A stretch of DNA of 64,000 nt from an uncultured Methanosarcinaceae archaeon (GTDB lineage Archaea > Halobacteriota > Methanosarcinia > Methanosarcinales > Methanosarcinaceae). Shown here piece after piece: positions 23,643 through 35,481 of the stretch (positions are counted from its first letter, which is position 1; every line of letters starts with the position of its first letter). The notes below the pieces were generated by a model. The model was given only the letters and a program-made list of their open reading frames with translations, ran no database searches and was not told the origin of the DNA. The position numbers were made by a program, and so were the translations under genes. The stretch spans positions 1 through 64,000 of the forward strand of contig CAVSHT010000012.1 in assembly GCA_963727895.1 (NCBI GenBank), read 5' to 3'.

Positions 23643-24015
23643 AATTTTTAATGAACAGTAACTGGTATATATAGCTGTGACGTTAGAGCTTGTACCATTT
23701 TCAAGAGTTAATTTTAAGTGCAATGAATTAGCGGTGTATAGAGTAATTGTTAGAGGAAGAATTAATATAATCTGTGTGAATACAGAGTTAAAACAAATTA
23801 ACTTCTTTATAAATTATCTTATCTATATAATCAAAACATTTAGAACATTATCCCCATGCTGAACCCGAGTAACAAAGTAATTTTCAAGATTCCTAAACAA
23901 TCTGATTATAAATCTCGTGTTCTGAATTACACATCAGGATTATATATCTGGATGTTATGAGCTGTTCGGATAAGTTCAATAAAATAATATATTCACGCAT
24001 CCGGAGTATTTAATT

Positions 24016-24921
24016 ATGGCAAAAGGTTTGGCCGAAATTTTAGATAATTTCGTGAAAAGTCACAATGATCGCCAATTGCTGGCACTCCCCCTTGCGATAC
24101 TTGCAGTTGCTTTAATAATACTGCTAGTTTCCTTTGTGAGAACCGGATCGCCGGTAAGCCTGGGAATGGATTTCCAGGGTGGTACCCAGATTTCGATAGA
24201 AACGACTGATTCTCCTGCTGTACTTGAGAATATGTATTCTTCTTACCCTCTCTCCGATGTCCGGCAAACTGGAAGCAGGGTAATCATGCAGTTCGGAGTT
24301 ATGGATAGTAATCAGCAAGATAAACTTGAAAAGGATATTTCAAGTCACTATTCCAATGTGCAAATTCAGCAGGTTGGACCCACTTACGGTAAGACTTTGC
24401 AAGTTCAGGCTTTACAGGCTCTTGTTATTTCCTTTATAGGGATGGCAATTGTGGTATTTCTGCTCTTCAGGACTTTTGTCCCTTCCTTTGCAGTGATACT
24501 CTCTGCCTTTTCAGACATTGTAATTGCAGCCGCTTTTATGAAGGTTGCAGGGATCGAACTTTCCCTGGGGACACTTGCAGCTCTACTTATGCTTATCGGT
24601 TATTCTGTAGATAGTGATATTCTACTCACAAATAGAGTACTTAAACGTCGGGGCATGGTAGATGAGAAAGTTTCGAAGGCTATGCATACGGGAATTACCA
24701 TGACCTCTACAACCCTTGCAGCGCTCGCGTCAATGTATGTAGTCTCAAATTTCTCATATCTGGTTATGTCTTCATACACGCAGATTACTCTGCTTTCACA
24801 GATTTCAATCGTGTTGATTGCGGGACTTTTTGCAGATATGATGAATACCTGGCTTTTGAATACGGGAATCTTAAGGTGGTATGCTCTGAAACCCGAATTC
24901 AAAGGGAGGTATAACAGATGA
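24016..24921 (+). CDS. secF: protein translocase subunit SecF
   Basis: LGMDFQGGT, IGYSVDSDILL. Confidence 0.93.
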   Translation: MAKGLAEILDNFVKSHNDRQLLALPLAILAVALIILLVSFVRTGSPVSLGMDFQGGTQISIETTDSPAVLENMYSSYPLSDVRQTGSRVIMQFGVMDSNQQDKLEKDISSHYSNVQIQQVGPTYGKTLQVQALQALVISFIGMAIVVFLLFRTFVPSFAVILSAFSDIVIAAAFMKVAGIELSLGTLAALLMLIGYSVDSDILLTNRVLKRRGMVDEKVSKAMHTGITMTSTTLAALASMYVVSNFSYLVMSSYTQITLLSQISIVLIAGLFADMMNTWLLNTGILRWYALKPEFKGRYNR

Positions 24922-26618
24922 GCGATAAAAAAAGCCTTCTTAAGAATCCAAGAGTCATTATTTTCATTGTCCTTCTTCTTGGGTCTATAGTTGCTATCCA
25001 TCCAGGATATACTCCTGGAAAGGGGGTAACTACTAATCTTAATTTTGGACTTGAACTGGAAGGAGGTTCCTGGCTACAAATAAAACTTGTTGGGACACTT
25101 GCTCAGATTGATGTAGACTCTGGAAAATTAGTCAGTGGAATTGTTGAACCTATAATTGGAGCCCCTATCCAGATTACATCAAATAGTCTTGATGTAGGTG
25201 GAGCTACCAATCAATCGGTTACCTTTACGACATCTGGTACGGTCAATTCCTCCCAACTTAATTATTTGGGCACTATAAACGTAGATAAATTGAGTGGGAG
25301 TACAACTCAGGTAACTATCTCTGATATCAGTAAGCAGTCTCTCATTGTGTCTTATCTCTCAAAAGCTCTTGATGCAGAAGTGGTTCCCACAAGCACTCAA
25401 GACGGAGTTACCTACGAAATAAGGACTTCAGTCACTGAACAAAAGCTTGAATCTTTGCTGGAAAAGGTTGGAGGTTCAATCCACAAGAATGAAGACGGAA
25501 CTTCAACCTATAAAGACGGAGTTACCACTGCGACCAGAGACCTTACAAAGCAAATCCTTAGTGATAAGCTGAACTCTCTAGGTCTCAAAGATATTCCTGT
25601 CAGGACTGTAGGGGATCAATACATCCAAGTCGATTTTGCAGGCATTGATCTGGCAACTGCTAAGGAAATCGCTGAAAAACCCGGTAAATTTGAAATCAGG
25701 ATTCAAACTACTGGAAATAATACAGAACATGTCCTTTACGGTGAATCCATTGCTAGTGTAGGAGTTCCATCTTATCATGACGAACAATGGCACACTCCCT
25801 TCACTCTGAGTGATGAAGGAGCCCGTACACTCCAGAAAGTTGCACTTGAAACCGGGGCAATTGACAATCCAGATTCCCATTACCTGATAATGTATCTTGA
25901 TGGTGTTAAGATCTATGGAGCACCTCTAAGCTCATCCGCCGCAGAAAAATTGCGAGAAAGTCCTATATATTCCTGGGAAGCTTCTACAGGCTCTGATGAC
26001 GCTGCTAAAGCTGAAGCTACGGCACTTCAGGTTCATCTTCGAGCAGGAGCTCTTCCTGTTAATGTAGAGCTTGTAGGTTCAGGACATGTGGACGCAGGTC
26101 TTGGATCGCAGTTCAAAACTGCAGCCCTGATTACAGGTTTTATTTCTCTGATTGGAGTAGCAGCTGTAGTTTACTTCAAGTACAGAAGGCCTGAAATCCT
26201 AATACCTATGGTTGGAACTTCTACCAGTGAAGTTATAATGCTTCTTGGAGTTGCAGCAGTGATCGGCTGGCAGCTTGACCTTGCATCAATTGCAGCTATT
26301 ATTGCTACTATTGGTACAGGAATTGACCACCTTGTGATCATCACGGATGAAGTGCTTCAAGAAGGTAAACTTCCTCCATCGAAGGTATTCAAGTCAAGAA
26401 TCGGAAAAGCTTTTGCAATTGTTTTAGGGGCAGCCTCCACAAATGTAATTGCTCTGGCTCCACTGGTTGTAATGGGCTTTGGTACTTTGAAAGGTTTTGC
26501 AATTACAACTATCATTGGTGTCTTTATAGGTGTGATTTTTGCAAGGCCAGTTTACGCTGTAGTAATCAAGGAAATGCTACATGTAGATGAAAATGGAAGC
26601 TCAAGTATAACTGAGTAA
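24918..26618 (+). CDS. secD: protein translocase subunit SecD
   Basis: GLELEGGS, LRAGALP, GTGIDHLVII; ATGA overlap with secF. Confidence 0.93.
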   Translation: MSDKKSLLKNPRVIIFIVLLLGSIVAIHPGYTPGKGVTTNLNFGLELEGGSWLQIKLVGTLAQIDVDSGKLVSGIVEPIIGAPIQITSNSLDVGGATNQSVTFTTSGTVNSSQLNYLGTINVDKLSGSTTQVTISDISKQSLIVSYLSKALDAEVVPTSTQDGVTYEIRTSVTEQKLESLLEKVGGSIHKNEDGTSTYKDGVTTATRDLTKQILSDKLNSLGLKDIPVRTVGDQYIQVDFAGIDLATAKEIAEKPGKFEIRIQTTGNNTEHVLYGESIASVGVPSYHDEQWHTPFTLSDEGARTLQKVALETGAIDNPDSHYLIMYLDGVKIYGAPLSSSAAEKLRESPIYSWEASTGSDDAAKAEATALQVHLRAGALPVNVELVGSGHVDAGLGSQFKTAALITGFISLIGVAAVVYFKYRRPEILIPMVGTSTSEVIMLLGVAAVIGWQLDLASIAAIIATIGTGIDHLVIITDEVLQEGKLPPSKVFKSRIGKAFAIVLGAASTNVIALAPLVVMGFGTLKGFAITTIIGVFIGVIFARPVYAVVIKEMLHVDENGSSSITE

Positions 26619-26669
26619 GAAAAAATAAAATTCTTTGAGGTTGACTGGTATCCAAAAGCAAAAAACAAG

Positions 26670-27704
26670 GTGGAATGTATGCAGGATCTCTGGACTTTGA
26701 AATATAGGGCAAGTACTCTAAAAGAAATGCTTGGAAACGAACACGCTGTAGCCACGCTTTCTGAGCTTGCCAAGTCCGGAACCTTGCCTCACCTCGTTTT
26801 ATACGGTCCTGAAAATTCCGGAAAAACGACAGCTTCTCTTGCTCTTGCAAAGCAGCTCTATGGCAATACATGGAAAAACAACTTTTCGTACTTTAATGCC
26901 TCGGATTTTTTTGACCAGGGAAAGCGTTATCTTGTTCGTGATAAGCGTTTTGTACGTTTTCTGGGTACCGACGATCCAAAGAAAATTTATAAAAGTGTAA
27001 TCGATATCTTTAAGTCAGTCATCAACGAGTATGCAGGAATGGCTTCAATTGACGCCGATTACAAGCTAATCTATATTGATAATGCTGAGTCTCTGAATTC
27101 AGACTCACAGCATGCTCTTAGGCGGATTATGGAAAAATATAGTGAAACATGCAGGTTTATACTTTCAACAACTAAACCTTCTAAACTTATTCCTCCACTC
27201 CGCTCAAGAGGTCTTCAAATTTTTTTCACATATATTCCTAATAATGTTCTGAAAACTTATCTTGAGAAAATTGTCTGTTCTGAAAACTTGAAATTATCTG
27301 AAGGAGCACTTGATGCTATCCTTTATTCTGCAAAAGGAAATGTTGCAAGAGCCGTTCAGACGCTGCAACTTGTTTCCTTACTTGCACGTGGTGCAATCAT
27401 TACTGAAGAAATGGTATATCAGGCTGCTGTGAGAGGCAGGGATGAAGCTATAGATGAACTTCTTTATGCAGCTCTTGCAGGTGATTTCTCTAAAGGACGG
27501 AAACTTATTGATGAGATGATAATTGAGAAAGGGTTATTAGGGGTTGAGATTCTGGAAGGCCTTTCCGAGGCTCTGGCAGACTCAGGGGAAACAGATTCGG
27601 ATATTGCTCGCCTTGTTGTGAAGATTTCTGAAACTGATGCTCGCCTTAAAGATGCTGCGAATGATAGAATCCAGCTCGAAAAATTAATTTCTACTTTCTC
27701 TTAA
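26670..27704 (+). CDS. replication factor C small subunit, divergent RFCS2-type paralogue
   Basis: WTLKYR, GPENSGKT, NASD, QHALRRIME; Walker B reads DNAE and the SRC motif reads SRG. Confidence 0.85.
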   Translation: MECMQDLWTLKYRASTLKEMLGNEHAVATLSELAKSGTLPHLVLYGPENSGKTTASLALAKQLYGNTWKNNFSYFNASDFFDQGKRYLVRDKRFVRFLGTDDPKKIYKSVIDIFKSVINEYAGMASIDADYKLIYIDNAESLNSDSQHALRRIMEKYSETCRFILSTTKPSKLIPPLRSRGLQIFFTYIPNNVLKTYLEKIVCSENLKLSEGALDAILYSAKGNVARAVQTLQLVSLLARGAIITEEMVYQAAVRGRDEAIDELLYAALAGDFSKGRKLIDEMIIEKGLLGVEILEGLSEALADSGETDSDIARLVVKISETDARLKDAANDRIQLEKLISTFS

Positions 27705-27715
27705 TTTATATTTTT

Positions 27716-28455
27716 GGTATTGTTAACTAAACATAGTTAACTCTTTATTTCTGTATTTCATCAATAGAATAACCGAGTACTTTAGCATTTCAAGACTCTT
27801 CGTATAACACTTTGTCTTTCTTCTCAATCTTGCCAGGAAATGCCTCAATATGCTGTTATATCCCTCAACTGTAAATGTTTCTGCTTTTGATTGAGTATGA
27901 CTCTTTTCTGGAAGAAACTCTGCATATGCTCTCCAGTGATCTGTCATCACTTCTCCAATCTCTTTTTTCTTCAATTTTTCCCAGAGTAGTTTTCCAGTTT
28001 CCGTTCCTCTGCTACCAAAAGAGCAGTTGATGAACTTTTTCCCAACTCTATCAACAGCAATTCAGATCCAGCAATATTTTTTTTGTTACCGATGTAAGTG
28101 TGCATCTCATCCATTTCAACAATAGATATCTCACTTTCACTTTTTAGGTTCTCTCACTCTTGACCAAATTTCTTGATCCATTTTTGGGCAGAAACATGAT
28201 TCACCCCTAAAACTCTTCCTATTGAGCGAAAGCCCAATCCTTCAAGGTAAAGTTGTAAAGCCTGTTTTTTAACAGAGGCGGAAAAAGCAGTTGATTTTAG
28301 CTCTACTGTATAGTTATAGCCACAATCAGAGCATTTATACCGTTGACGCCCGCCAACTATACCATTCTTTTTGTAATTAGAACTATTGCATTTTGGGCAG
28401 TTCATGAAGAAATATATGTTATAAGCACATATATCTATTTTTGTTTACCAATGCC
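27716..28455 (-). mobile_element. IS1-family element, copy 1 of tandem pair (740 bp)
   Basis: Terminal IRs; flanked by ATATTTTT at 27708-27715 and 28456-28463. Confidence 0.93.
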
Positions 28456-28463
28456 ATATTTTT

Positions 28464-29203
28464 GGTATTGTTAACTAAACATAGTTAACTCTTTATTTCT
28501 GTATTTCATCAATAGAATAACCGAGTACTTTAGCATTTCAAGACTCTTCGTATAACACTTTGTCTTTCTTCTCAATCTTGCCAGGAAATGCCTCAATATG
28601 CTGTTATATCCCTCAACTGTAAATGTTTCTGCTTTTGATTGAGTATGACTCTTTTCTGGAAGAAACTCTGCATATGCTCTCCAGTGATCTGTCATCACTT
28701 CTCCAATCTCTTTTTTCTTCAATTTTTCCCAGAGTAGTTTTCCAGTTTCCGTTCCTCTGCTACCAAAAGAGCAGTTGATGAACTTTTTCCCAACTCTATC
28801 AACAGCAATTCAGATCCAGCAATATTTTTTTTGTTACCGATGTAAGTGTGCATCTCATCCATTTCAACAATAGATATCTCACTTTCACTTTTTAGGTTCT
28901 CTCACTCTTGACCAAATTTCTTGATCCATTTTTGGGCAGAAACATGATTCACCCCTAAAACTCTTCCTATTGAGCGAAAGCCCAATCCTTCAAGGTAAAG
29001 TTGTAAAGCCTGTTTTTTAACAGAGGCGGAAAAAGCAGTTGATTTTAGCTCTACTGTATAGTTATAGCCACAATCAGAGCATTTATACCGTTGACGCCCG
29101 CCAACTATACCATTCTTTTTGTAATTAGAACTATTGCATTTTGGGCAGTTCATGAAGAAATATATGTTATAAGCACATATATCTATTTTTGTTTACCAAT
29201 GCC
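28464..29203 (-). mobile_element. IS1-family element, copy 2 of tandem pair (740 bp)
   Basis: Apparently identical to copy 1; followed by ATATTTTT at 29204-29211. Confidence 0.9.
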
Positions 29204-29218
29204 ATATTTTTTAGTATC

Positions 29219-29288
29219 TTTTAGAATATGATTCTAAAGAATTTTGTGAAAAATTTTAGAATATGATTCTAAGGAATTTTGTGAAAAA
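29219..29288. repeat. 2 x 35-bp tandem repeat with internal palindrome
   Basis: TTTTAGAATATGATTCTAARGAATTTTGTGAAAAA twice, one mismatch. Confidence 0.8.
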
Positions 29289-29511
29289 AAGATATTTTAC
29301 CTGAATTTTTAAAAATGTCTATTACCTTTTTCCTTCAGGTAGTTACTCTATCTCAGTAGTCACTTTATTAAGTTTTTTTAATTTTATAGTACTTATAGAA
29401 CTTTATTGAGTAGCAGGAACATCACAAAAAACACATAATTCTTAAAAGAAATAATTCTCAAAGTAAGATATAAAGTCCTGAAGCTAAATTCCTAAAAAAT
29501 TAATCAGCGAG

Positions 29512-29525
29512 TATCTCGCTGACTT
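29512..29525 (-). terminator. hairpin downstream of mtmB
   Basis: TCAGCGAG-TAT-CTCGCTGA inverted repeat spanning about 29504-29522. Confidence 0.45.
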
Positions 29526-29563
29526 GGCTATATTAAAATCAACTTCAGGTTCAGGCTTTCAAC

Positions 29564-30940
29564 TTAGAATGCTAGTCCAAGTTCTTCGAGCTTCTTTCTT
29601 GCTCCGTCGTATACCTGCATGTACTCATCTGTTGGAGTTACAGTCTTTACGTCGTAGCATTCCTGGAACGTCTTTCCTGCTGGAGCGCTTGCATAATTCT
29701 TCTCATATAGAGCTACAAGCTTGTCAAGGATAACATTCACTTCTGCAATGTCTACTCCTGCCGTTGCCCTTGCAACTTCTCCCATCATTCTAGCTTCCAT
29801 ACCTGTGGTCTTATCAGTCACAACACCCTTTGCCGAAGCCACACCTGAAAGGATTTCTCTTCCAGACGCTGTATCAGTTATTGACTGAGCTGACGCCTCA
29901 AGCAGACACATCTCAGTACATGGTCCTGCACATGGATAATACTGGTTTCCTGAGAGAATATCTGTAAATTCAGAAATAGTTGCACATGCCCATCCTGCAA
30001 TCATCAAAGTTTCCCTTGTGTTTGTTGACCCCCAGCGTATGTGAACAGGTCCATCAAGATGCCAGTTTGCGTTACTCATAACAACTGAATTGATATGAGT
30101 TGCAATGTCAACAATTGTTGTCTCCTCAATGCCGCCCGCATATCCTCCGAAAATCGGCATCTGTTCATCCATAATTATGTCGCTGTTTGCAGTATAGTGA
30201 GCAATAACTGAAATTGCATCCAGGTCGATCTTAAGTTCACAGAGTTGTGAGACCTCATGGCTGTCCGTACAGGTCATTCCGCCAGCACAATCAGCGGAAA
30301 TGTTTCCCTGAGCGGACAGGGAGGTCTCTGGGCCCTAAACAGCCATGCCAGGCTTACCAGCCATGGCGCAAGCATTCTTAATAAGCCTTGTTTCGGTCTT
30401 TGCAGCAAGAACTTCATACGGGCTCTTTGGAATAGGAGCTTTCCCTCTCACTGTGGTCATAACACCATTAACGATAGTGTCTACTTCCTTTTCCAGAGCA
30501 TAGCTCAGGTGAACAGGCATAAACACCTCTTCTGAAATTGGAGATCCAGTAGGGCCACCCTGCACAATTGGCTTTCTCTTGTCAGCAACATTTCTTTTCT
30601 TAACGTTTACTGCTTCTCTGCCTGTACCGAGCACAAATTCCTTCTGGACATTGTTGATTGCATCCCAGATTTCATCTTCTGTGTACTTTACTATCCTGTG
30701 TGTATCAGTGCAGTAAATTCCGCAGTCAAGGAGCATCTCAAAGCCTGCATTGAAGAGTTTTTCCATCATGTCCTTATCTGTTGGGACAAACTTTCCCTTG
30801 AAATCAATTCCATACTTCTGCTTGAGCTCCATAGCCTTCATCGGAATCTTCATAAGATCCCAATCGTCCAGACTACACTTTTCTCCTACTTTTGCCCTGT
30901 CATAGAAATCATAGCAATCAAAGGACTTTCTAAATGTCAT
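29564..30940 (-). CDS. mtmB: monomethylamine:corrinoid methyltransferase, 458 aa, pyrrolysine at codon 202
   Basis: In-frame TAG at 30335-30337 (GKPGMAV-O-GPETSLSAQG) joins the two ORFs with no frame change. Confidence 0.97.
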
Positions 30941-30956
30941 TTTTTTGCCTCCAGAA

Positions 30957-31610
30957 TTATTTCATTACCCCAAGTGCTACTTTTGCAGCCTCTGCAGCGT
31001 TTTCTGCTGTCGCATCCGCTCCGATTTCTGCAATCCATTTGTCAGACACAGGAGCCCCTCCGAACATGCACTTTACACTGTCTCTGAGGTTTTCTTCCCT
31101 GATCCTGTCCATTAAATCTTTCTGGCCGAGCATCGAGGTTGTCATAAGGGCTGAGCCTACTAAGAGAACTTTTTCTCCCTTGTGCTTTGTAGCTTCTTCT
31201 ATAACGGTTTCATTCAGCACATCTACTCCCAGATCAACGATCTGGAACCCGTTTGCTCCTAGCATTGTGGTAACAAGTCTGTGGCCAATATCGTGAATAT
31301 CTCCTTCTGCCACAAAAGTGATAGCAAGTCCTGCTTCGTCTCCTTCTTTCTTGTTCTTTTCAAGTTCAGGAGTAAGAACTTCCATTGCACTGCTCATCGC
31401 TTTTCCAGACATCATGATTTGAGGCAAAAAAATCTCGGCTGCTTCGAACCTGTCACCTACAATTTTCATTCCAACGGAAAGGCCTTTTGTAATAATGTCA
31501 AGTGCAGGAATTCCTGCATCAAGAGCTTCCTTACAGAGCTCGGCAGTACCTGCGATGTTTTGATTTACAACTGCATCGCGTAACTTATCAAAAATCTCTT
31601 GGTTTGCCAT
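30957..31610 (-). CDS. mtmC: monomethylamine corrinoid protein
   Basis: MANQEIFDKL start; EGDIHDIGH B12-binding motif; adjacent to mtmB. Confidence 0.95.
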   Translation of the reverse strand: MANQEIFDKLRDAVVNQNIAGTAELCKEALDAGIPALDIITKGLSVGMKIVGDRFEAAEIFLPQIMMSGKAMSSAMEVLTPELEKNKKEGDEAGLAITFVAEGDIHDIGHRLVTTMLGANGFQIVDLGVDVLNETVIEEATKHKGEKVLLVGSALMTTSMLGQKDLMDRIREENLRDSVKCMFGGAPVSDKWIAEIGADATAENAAEAAKVALGVMK

Positions 31611-31874
31611 TTTTGTAAACCTCCACTGAGATTTGCAGTTCTGTACAGTGTCGTTGGGTAGTACAATGTCTTCTGAGAAATTTTCTTGCAAAGGCTTTTG
31701 GGTTAAACACAGACCTAAGCTCCGCTAGCTAGAAAAAGAGCATTCGCATGGGGTTCTCTTTTAAGTTCAGATCCCTGCTGCCTTATATTTTTCAGCCATT
31801 AGGCGCGAGGAAGTGCTTTTATGAATTATCTTATTGTTTGTAATCAAGTTATTTATGTTGTCATTTGCCATTTT

Positions 31875-31892
31875 ACCCAAATATATTTGGGT
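31875..31892. promoter_or_regulatory. perfect 18-bp palindrome upstream of mtmC
   Basis: ACCCAAATATATTTGGGT. Confidence 0.45.
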
Positions 31893-32399
31893 TTTTTATG
31901 AATAATTTCCTTTCTCATGGACATTGTTACCGGGAATTTTCTTGCTAGAAACTGCAAATTTGTTTCCCAGTCGAATTAGCTTTATATCCCAAATTTCTCA
32001 ACAGTATGCCTGTTGGAACTGCCTGAGATTGTCCTGAACATTCAAGGCTCAATCTCTAAATTAAGATTAAAATAATACTATATAAAAGATTACTATAGTT
32101 ATTTATAATCAGTTTCATTGAACTAAAATTTTAAATCAAAGATATTTGAAAGTTTCAACTCCATACTTTTTAAGGTTTTTTTAGTATTTTCGTTTAAAAT
32201 TAAGGCTGAAGCATAAAGTAAAAAGTATAAACAAACATTTTAGTTTTAAGTACTGAAATCTTCTTTTTAAAAGAGAGACCTTAATCAATAATTATGATAT
32301 GAACAGGTAAAATAGAATACCCAATATTTCTTGAACAATGCAGGCAGAAAAACGAGAACAGACCTATTCAAAATAACCTTTTAAAAATATTTTTAAAAT

Positions 32400-32430
32400 A
32401 TAGCCGGCTTTAAGGCCGGCTATCTGTTTT
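32400..32430 (-). terminator. GC hairpin downstream of mtbA
   Basis: ATAGCCGGC-TTTAAG-GCCGGCTAT. Confidence 0.6.
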
Positions 32431-32488
32431 TTAAAGCGTCACACTTCAGTATCGATACTCTAAGTCCTTAGATTATTAAGCAATATTG

Positions 32489-33508
32489 TCAGTACTTGTG
32501 ACTTTTTGCGCAGCTAATCATTTTCTGAAGGTTAACTGTAGGAGTCATACTGACAATACCACAGCCAACGGTAAGTAATCCAACGCCTGCATCAAGTACC
32601 TTCTTTGATACTTCTTCAATACTCTCAGGAGTTCCATTCCAAAGTACGGCTACAGGGTCAAGATTTCCTACAAGAATGGCATTTTTCACATTAGCGCTTC
32701 CGGTCTTGATGTCTACTCTCTGGTCTACACTGATCCCGTTTACACCGGTCTTATCCATAATTCCAAGACCGTTAGTTGTGTTTCCACAAATGTGAAGAAC
32801 TGTCGCCACATCGAGTTCTTTCATTGCATCGGCAATCTTTTTCTGGTAAGGAAGAGCGTACTTTTCGTAGAATTCTCCGCCTATCAGTTCATAGCTTGCT
32901 GTTGGGTCAATTATAGCTATGGTGTCTGCTCCGTTCTCAACCATTGCTTTTGCATATGCTACGTTGAAGTCCGAGCAGAAATCCAGAAGTGCAGGTACAA
33001 CTTCTTCTCCTGTGAATATATTTCCAAACCAGGCGTCTCCGTTGATGTGTTGGGCAAGAGAGAAGGGGCCAATCATGGATCCTATTATGGGGAGTTCTTT
33101 TCCGTATTTTTCGGAAAGGATCTTGACGGCTTCAAGGACTACTGCAATTCTGCCTTCTTTCAGGCTGTAGTTCCTGAATTTGTCCAGGTCTTCCATGCTC
33201 TTAACACTGGGTTTGATCACTGATGGCTGCTGCTTCAGGTCTCCATCCTTAATTCCGCAGCCAAAAAATTCGGCTTCAGCAGTGATGTCAAAAGGAATTC
33301 TTACAGCTTCAAAACCTACTACAGTATGTGCTGCTTCTGCAAGAGTTGCCATTTTCTCTGCGTCGGCATGGGCATCTGGCCAGTAGGCTCCACAAGCTTC
33401 CATCTGTTCTACAGTTGCAGTCTGAGTGAAACAGACAGCTGGCATCCTGTCCACCTGCTGTTTCCTTAATGCACGATACAATCTTTCTTTTGGGGTATAT
33501 TCTGCCAT
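32489..33508 (-). CDS. mtbA: methylamine-specific methylcobamide:CoM methyltransferase
   Basis: 339 aa, [10 protein letters not shown], Zn motif LHICG...GCG; next to mtmCB. Confidence 0.93.
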   Translation of the reverse strand: MAEYTPKERLYRALRKQQVDRMPAVCFTQTATVEQMEACGAYWPDAHADAEKMATLAEAAHTVVGFEAVRIPFDITAEAEFFGCGIKDGDLKQQPSVIKPSVKSMEDLDKFRNYSLKEGRIAVVLEAVKILSEKYGKELPIIGSMIGPFSLAQHINGDAWFGNIFTGEEVVPALLDFCSDFNVAYAKAMVENGADTIAIIDPTASYELIGGEFYEKYALPYQKKIADAMKELDVATVLHICGNTTNGLGIMDKTGVNGISVDQRVDIKTGSANVKNAILVGNLDPVAVLWNGTPESIEEVSKKVLDAGVGLLTVGCGIVSMTPTVNLQKMISCAKSHKY

Positions 33509-33550
33509 TTATAATCCCTCTCTTATTTTTATAGGTGCATAAGATTATGA

Positions 33551-33581
33551 AAAATACATAATATTAAAAAATATGTATTTT
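33551..33581. promoter_or_regulatory. 10-bp inverted repeat between the mtbA TATA-like box and start codon
   Basis: AAAATACATA-N11-TATGTATTTT. Confidence 0.45.
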
Positions 33582-34459
33582 ATCCTTTTATTAAAAATTA
33601 TGTTATAAAAACTTATCAATTGAACCGTCGGAATTGGCTGAAAAATTCTCTAAAACAAGTAAATTTGTTTTATTAAACTCCAGCGGAAATAATATATTAA
33701 ATCTTCTGTAACTTGCTTCTTTAATCAAATTTTATATCCATTAACATACTTCGAGTTTTAATAACTGGAATGAATACAGGGAAATTTACACTCATTTTCG
33801 GGGAACCACGTAATGGTTCTATCAATAGAATTTAAAAAATTATCGTATATCTTGTAAAAATAGGTTGAAAATCAGAAAAACATTCAATTTTAAGTATTTC
33901 TCTTTTATTTGTTTGATCTTTACTTAAAATCAACATATTTTTATTATAATGGGTAAATGGGAAACAAAATAAAAATTTGCTGATATTTCTTGTCCTAATG
34001 AAGCTTGTAAACTATATGGGTTTTCTGGAATATAATCATCATAGGTAATGGCACTTATCAAATCAAGAACAAGAACATTCAAAAATAGATCTGCCGTGAA
34101 TGCGGCAGAGTTAACAATGATCTTCTGTGCAATAACTATTTTTATCCTGAGCATTACTACGCGCAATTAAAAACAAAAGACCGAGTAAAACAAAGACTAT
34201 CACCACGGCGCAGAAAAAGTACAAAAAAGCCATATCTGGAGGTATTTTAGCTCCATAATCCATAGTTGCCAGACCCATATATATCTATATGGCAAACAAA
34301 GATAATAAGATTTGCAGAAATCCTCTGACTAACGAATTATCAATAGCTTTAATCTGGACTATCTGATTATTATCCGCTCGAATACCATCAGGCAAGGCAG
34401 CCTCTTGAGCAGTTTTGTGAGATACCGGATTCTATAAGAAGAGTTTTTGGAAAAACTCT

Positions 34460-34963
34460 TTATTTTTCCTTGTTTTGTTCAATATATCGATCTTTAGATT
34501 CCTTAAGTATACTAATTGCTGTGTCAAGATCTTTCCAGCCAATAACTTTTACTCTTTTGTTTTCTAGACTTTTGTAATTTTGGAAAAAATGAGTGATTTC
34601 TTTGAATAGATGCGGTGGAAGCTGATCGACTGTCTCAATATAATTCCACATAGGATCGTTCTTTGGAACACAGAGAATTTTTTGATCTCTTCCTTTATCG
34701 TCCTCCATGTCAAACAATGCTATAAGATATACATCTATCATACAACCTGGAAAGGTAGGTTCCCAGGTTAAGACCATGGCATCTAAAGGGTCACCATCAA
34801 GTGCCAGGGTTTCGGGGAAAAAACCATAATCAGAGGGGTATACCATTGAAGAAGAAAGCATTCTGTCGTACTTAATCACTTTCTTTTCTTTATCATACTC
34901 GAATTTGTTTCGGTTTCCTTTTGGAATCTCAATAAGTACACTTTCAACCTGTCTTTCAGTCAT
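34460..34963 (-). CDS. ppa: inorganic pyrophosphatase (family I)
   Basis: IEIPKG..NKFEYD, DGDPLD. Confidence 0.93.
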   Translation of the reverse strand: MTERQVESVLIEIPKGNRNKFEYDKEKKVIKYDRMLSSSMVYPSDYGFFPETLALDGDPLDAMVLTWEPTFPGCMIDVYLIALFDMEDDKGRDQKILCVPKNDPMWNYIETVDQLPPHLFKEITHFFQNYKSLENKRVKVIGWKDLDTAISILKESKDRYIEQNKEK

Positions 34964-34977
34964 ATCAATACTTCCTA

Positions 34978-35238
34978 TTATTTCTTGTTTTCAACTACAT
35001 TATAACAACCACACCAATGAAATAAAAAAGGCATGATTCTGATACGAAAAAGTTCCTTTAATTGTTTCCACATTAGCTTTTTATCGATATTTACCTCTGT
35101 ACGAAAAGTCAAAATGATTTTCCCAAAAGTGGCAATAATTAACTCAATAATGGCAACTGATAAGCCTAGCTTTTGCGGGACAATGCTTGTTAATAATATC
35201 AAAGAATCTTTAATAAGTAGAATAGCATCCGCTTGCAT
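34978..35238 (-). pseudogene. possible cation:proton antiporter N-terminal remnant
   Basis: Hydrophobic KLGLSVAIIELI segment, then degenerates; 86 aa. Confidence 0.35.
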
Positions 35239-35481
35239 GAACTACCTCTATATGTGGTAGGAGTCATTAGCTGTACAAGCGGTTCAAGGCAGACTCCATT
35301 GCCTATTCAATATCATTTATTACTGCATATATACTTAAAATTTGTTATATAAATACATTAAATAATAAAAGTAAAATATATATTGTCAATTAACTTATCA
35401 ATTTTATAAATTCTCTTAAACTTCATAGTGCATATATGAGAGCTGTTAATAGTGAGTTGTTAATATCTGATAGCTACTTAT

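Noticed and set aside
26670..27704. Inactivated RFC subunit as a novelty
   Set aside because: A second divergent RFC small subunit is already known in Methanosarcina
33930..34440. ORF fragments downstream of ppa
   Set aside because: No continuous frame or recognisable family
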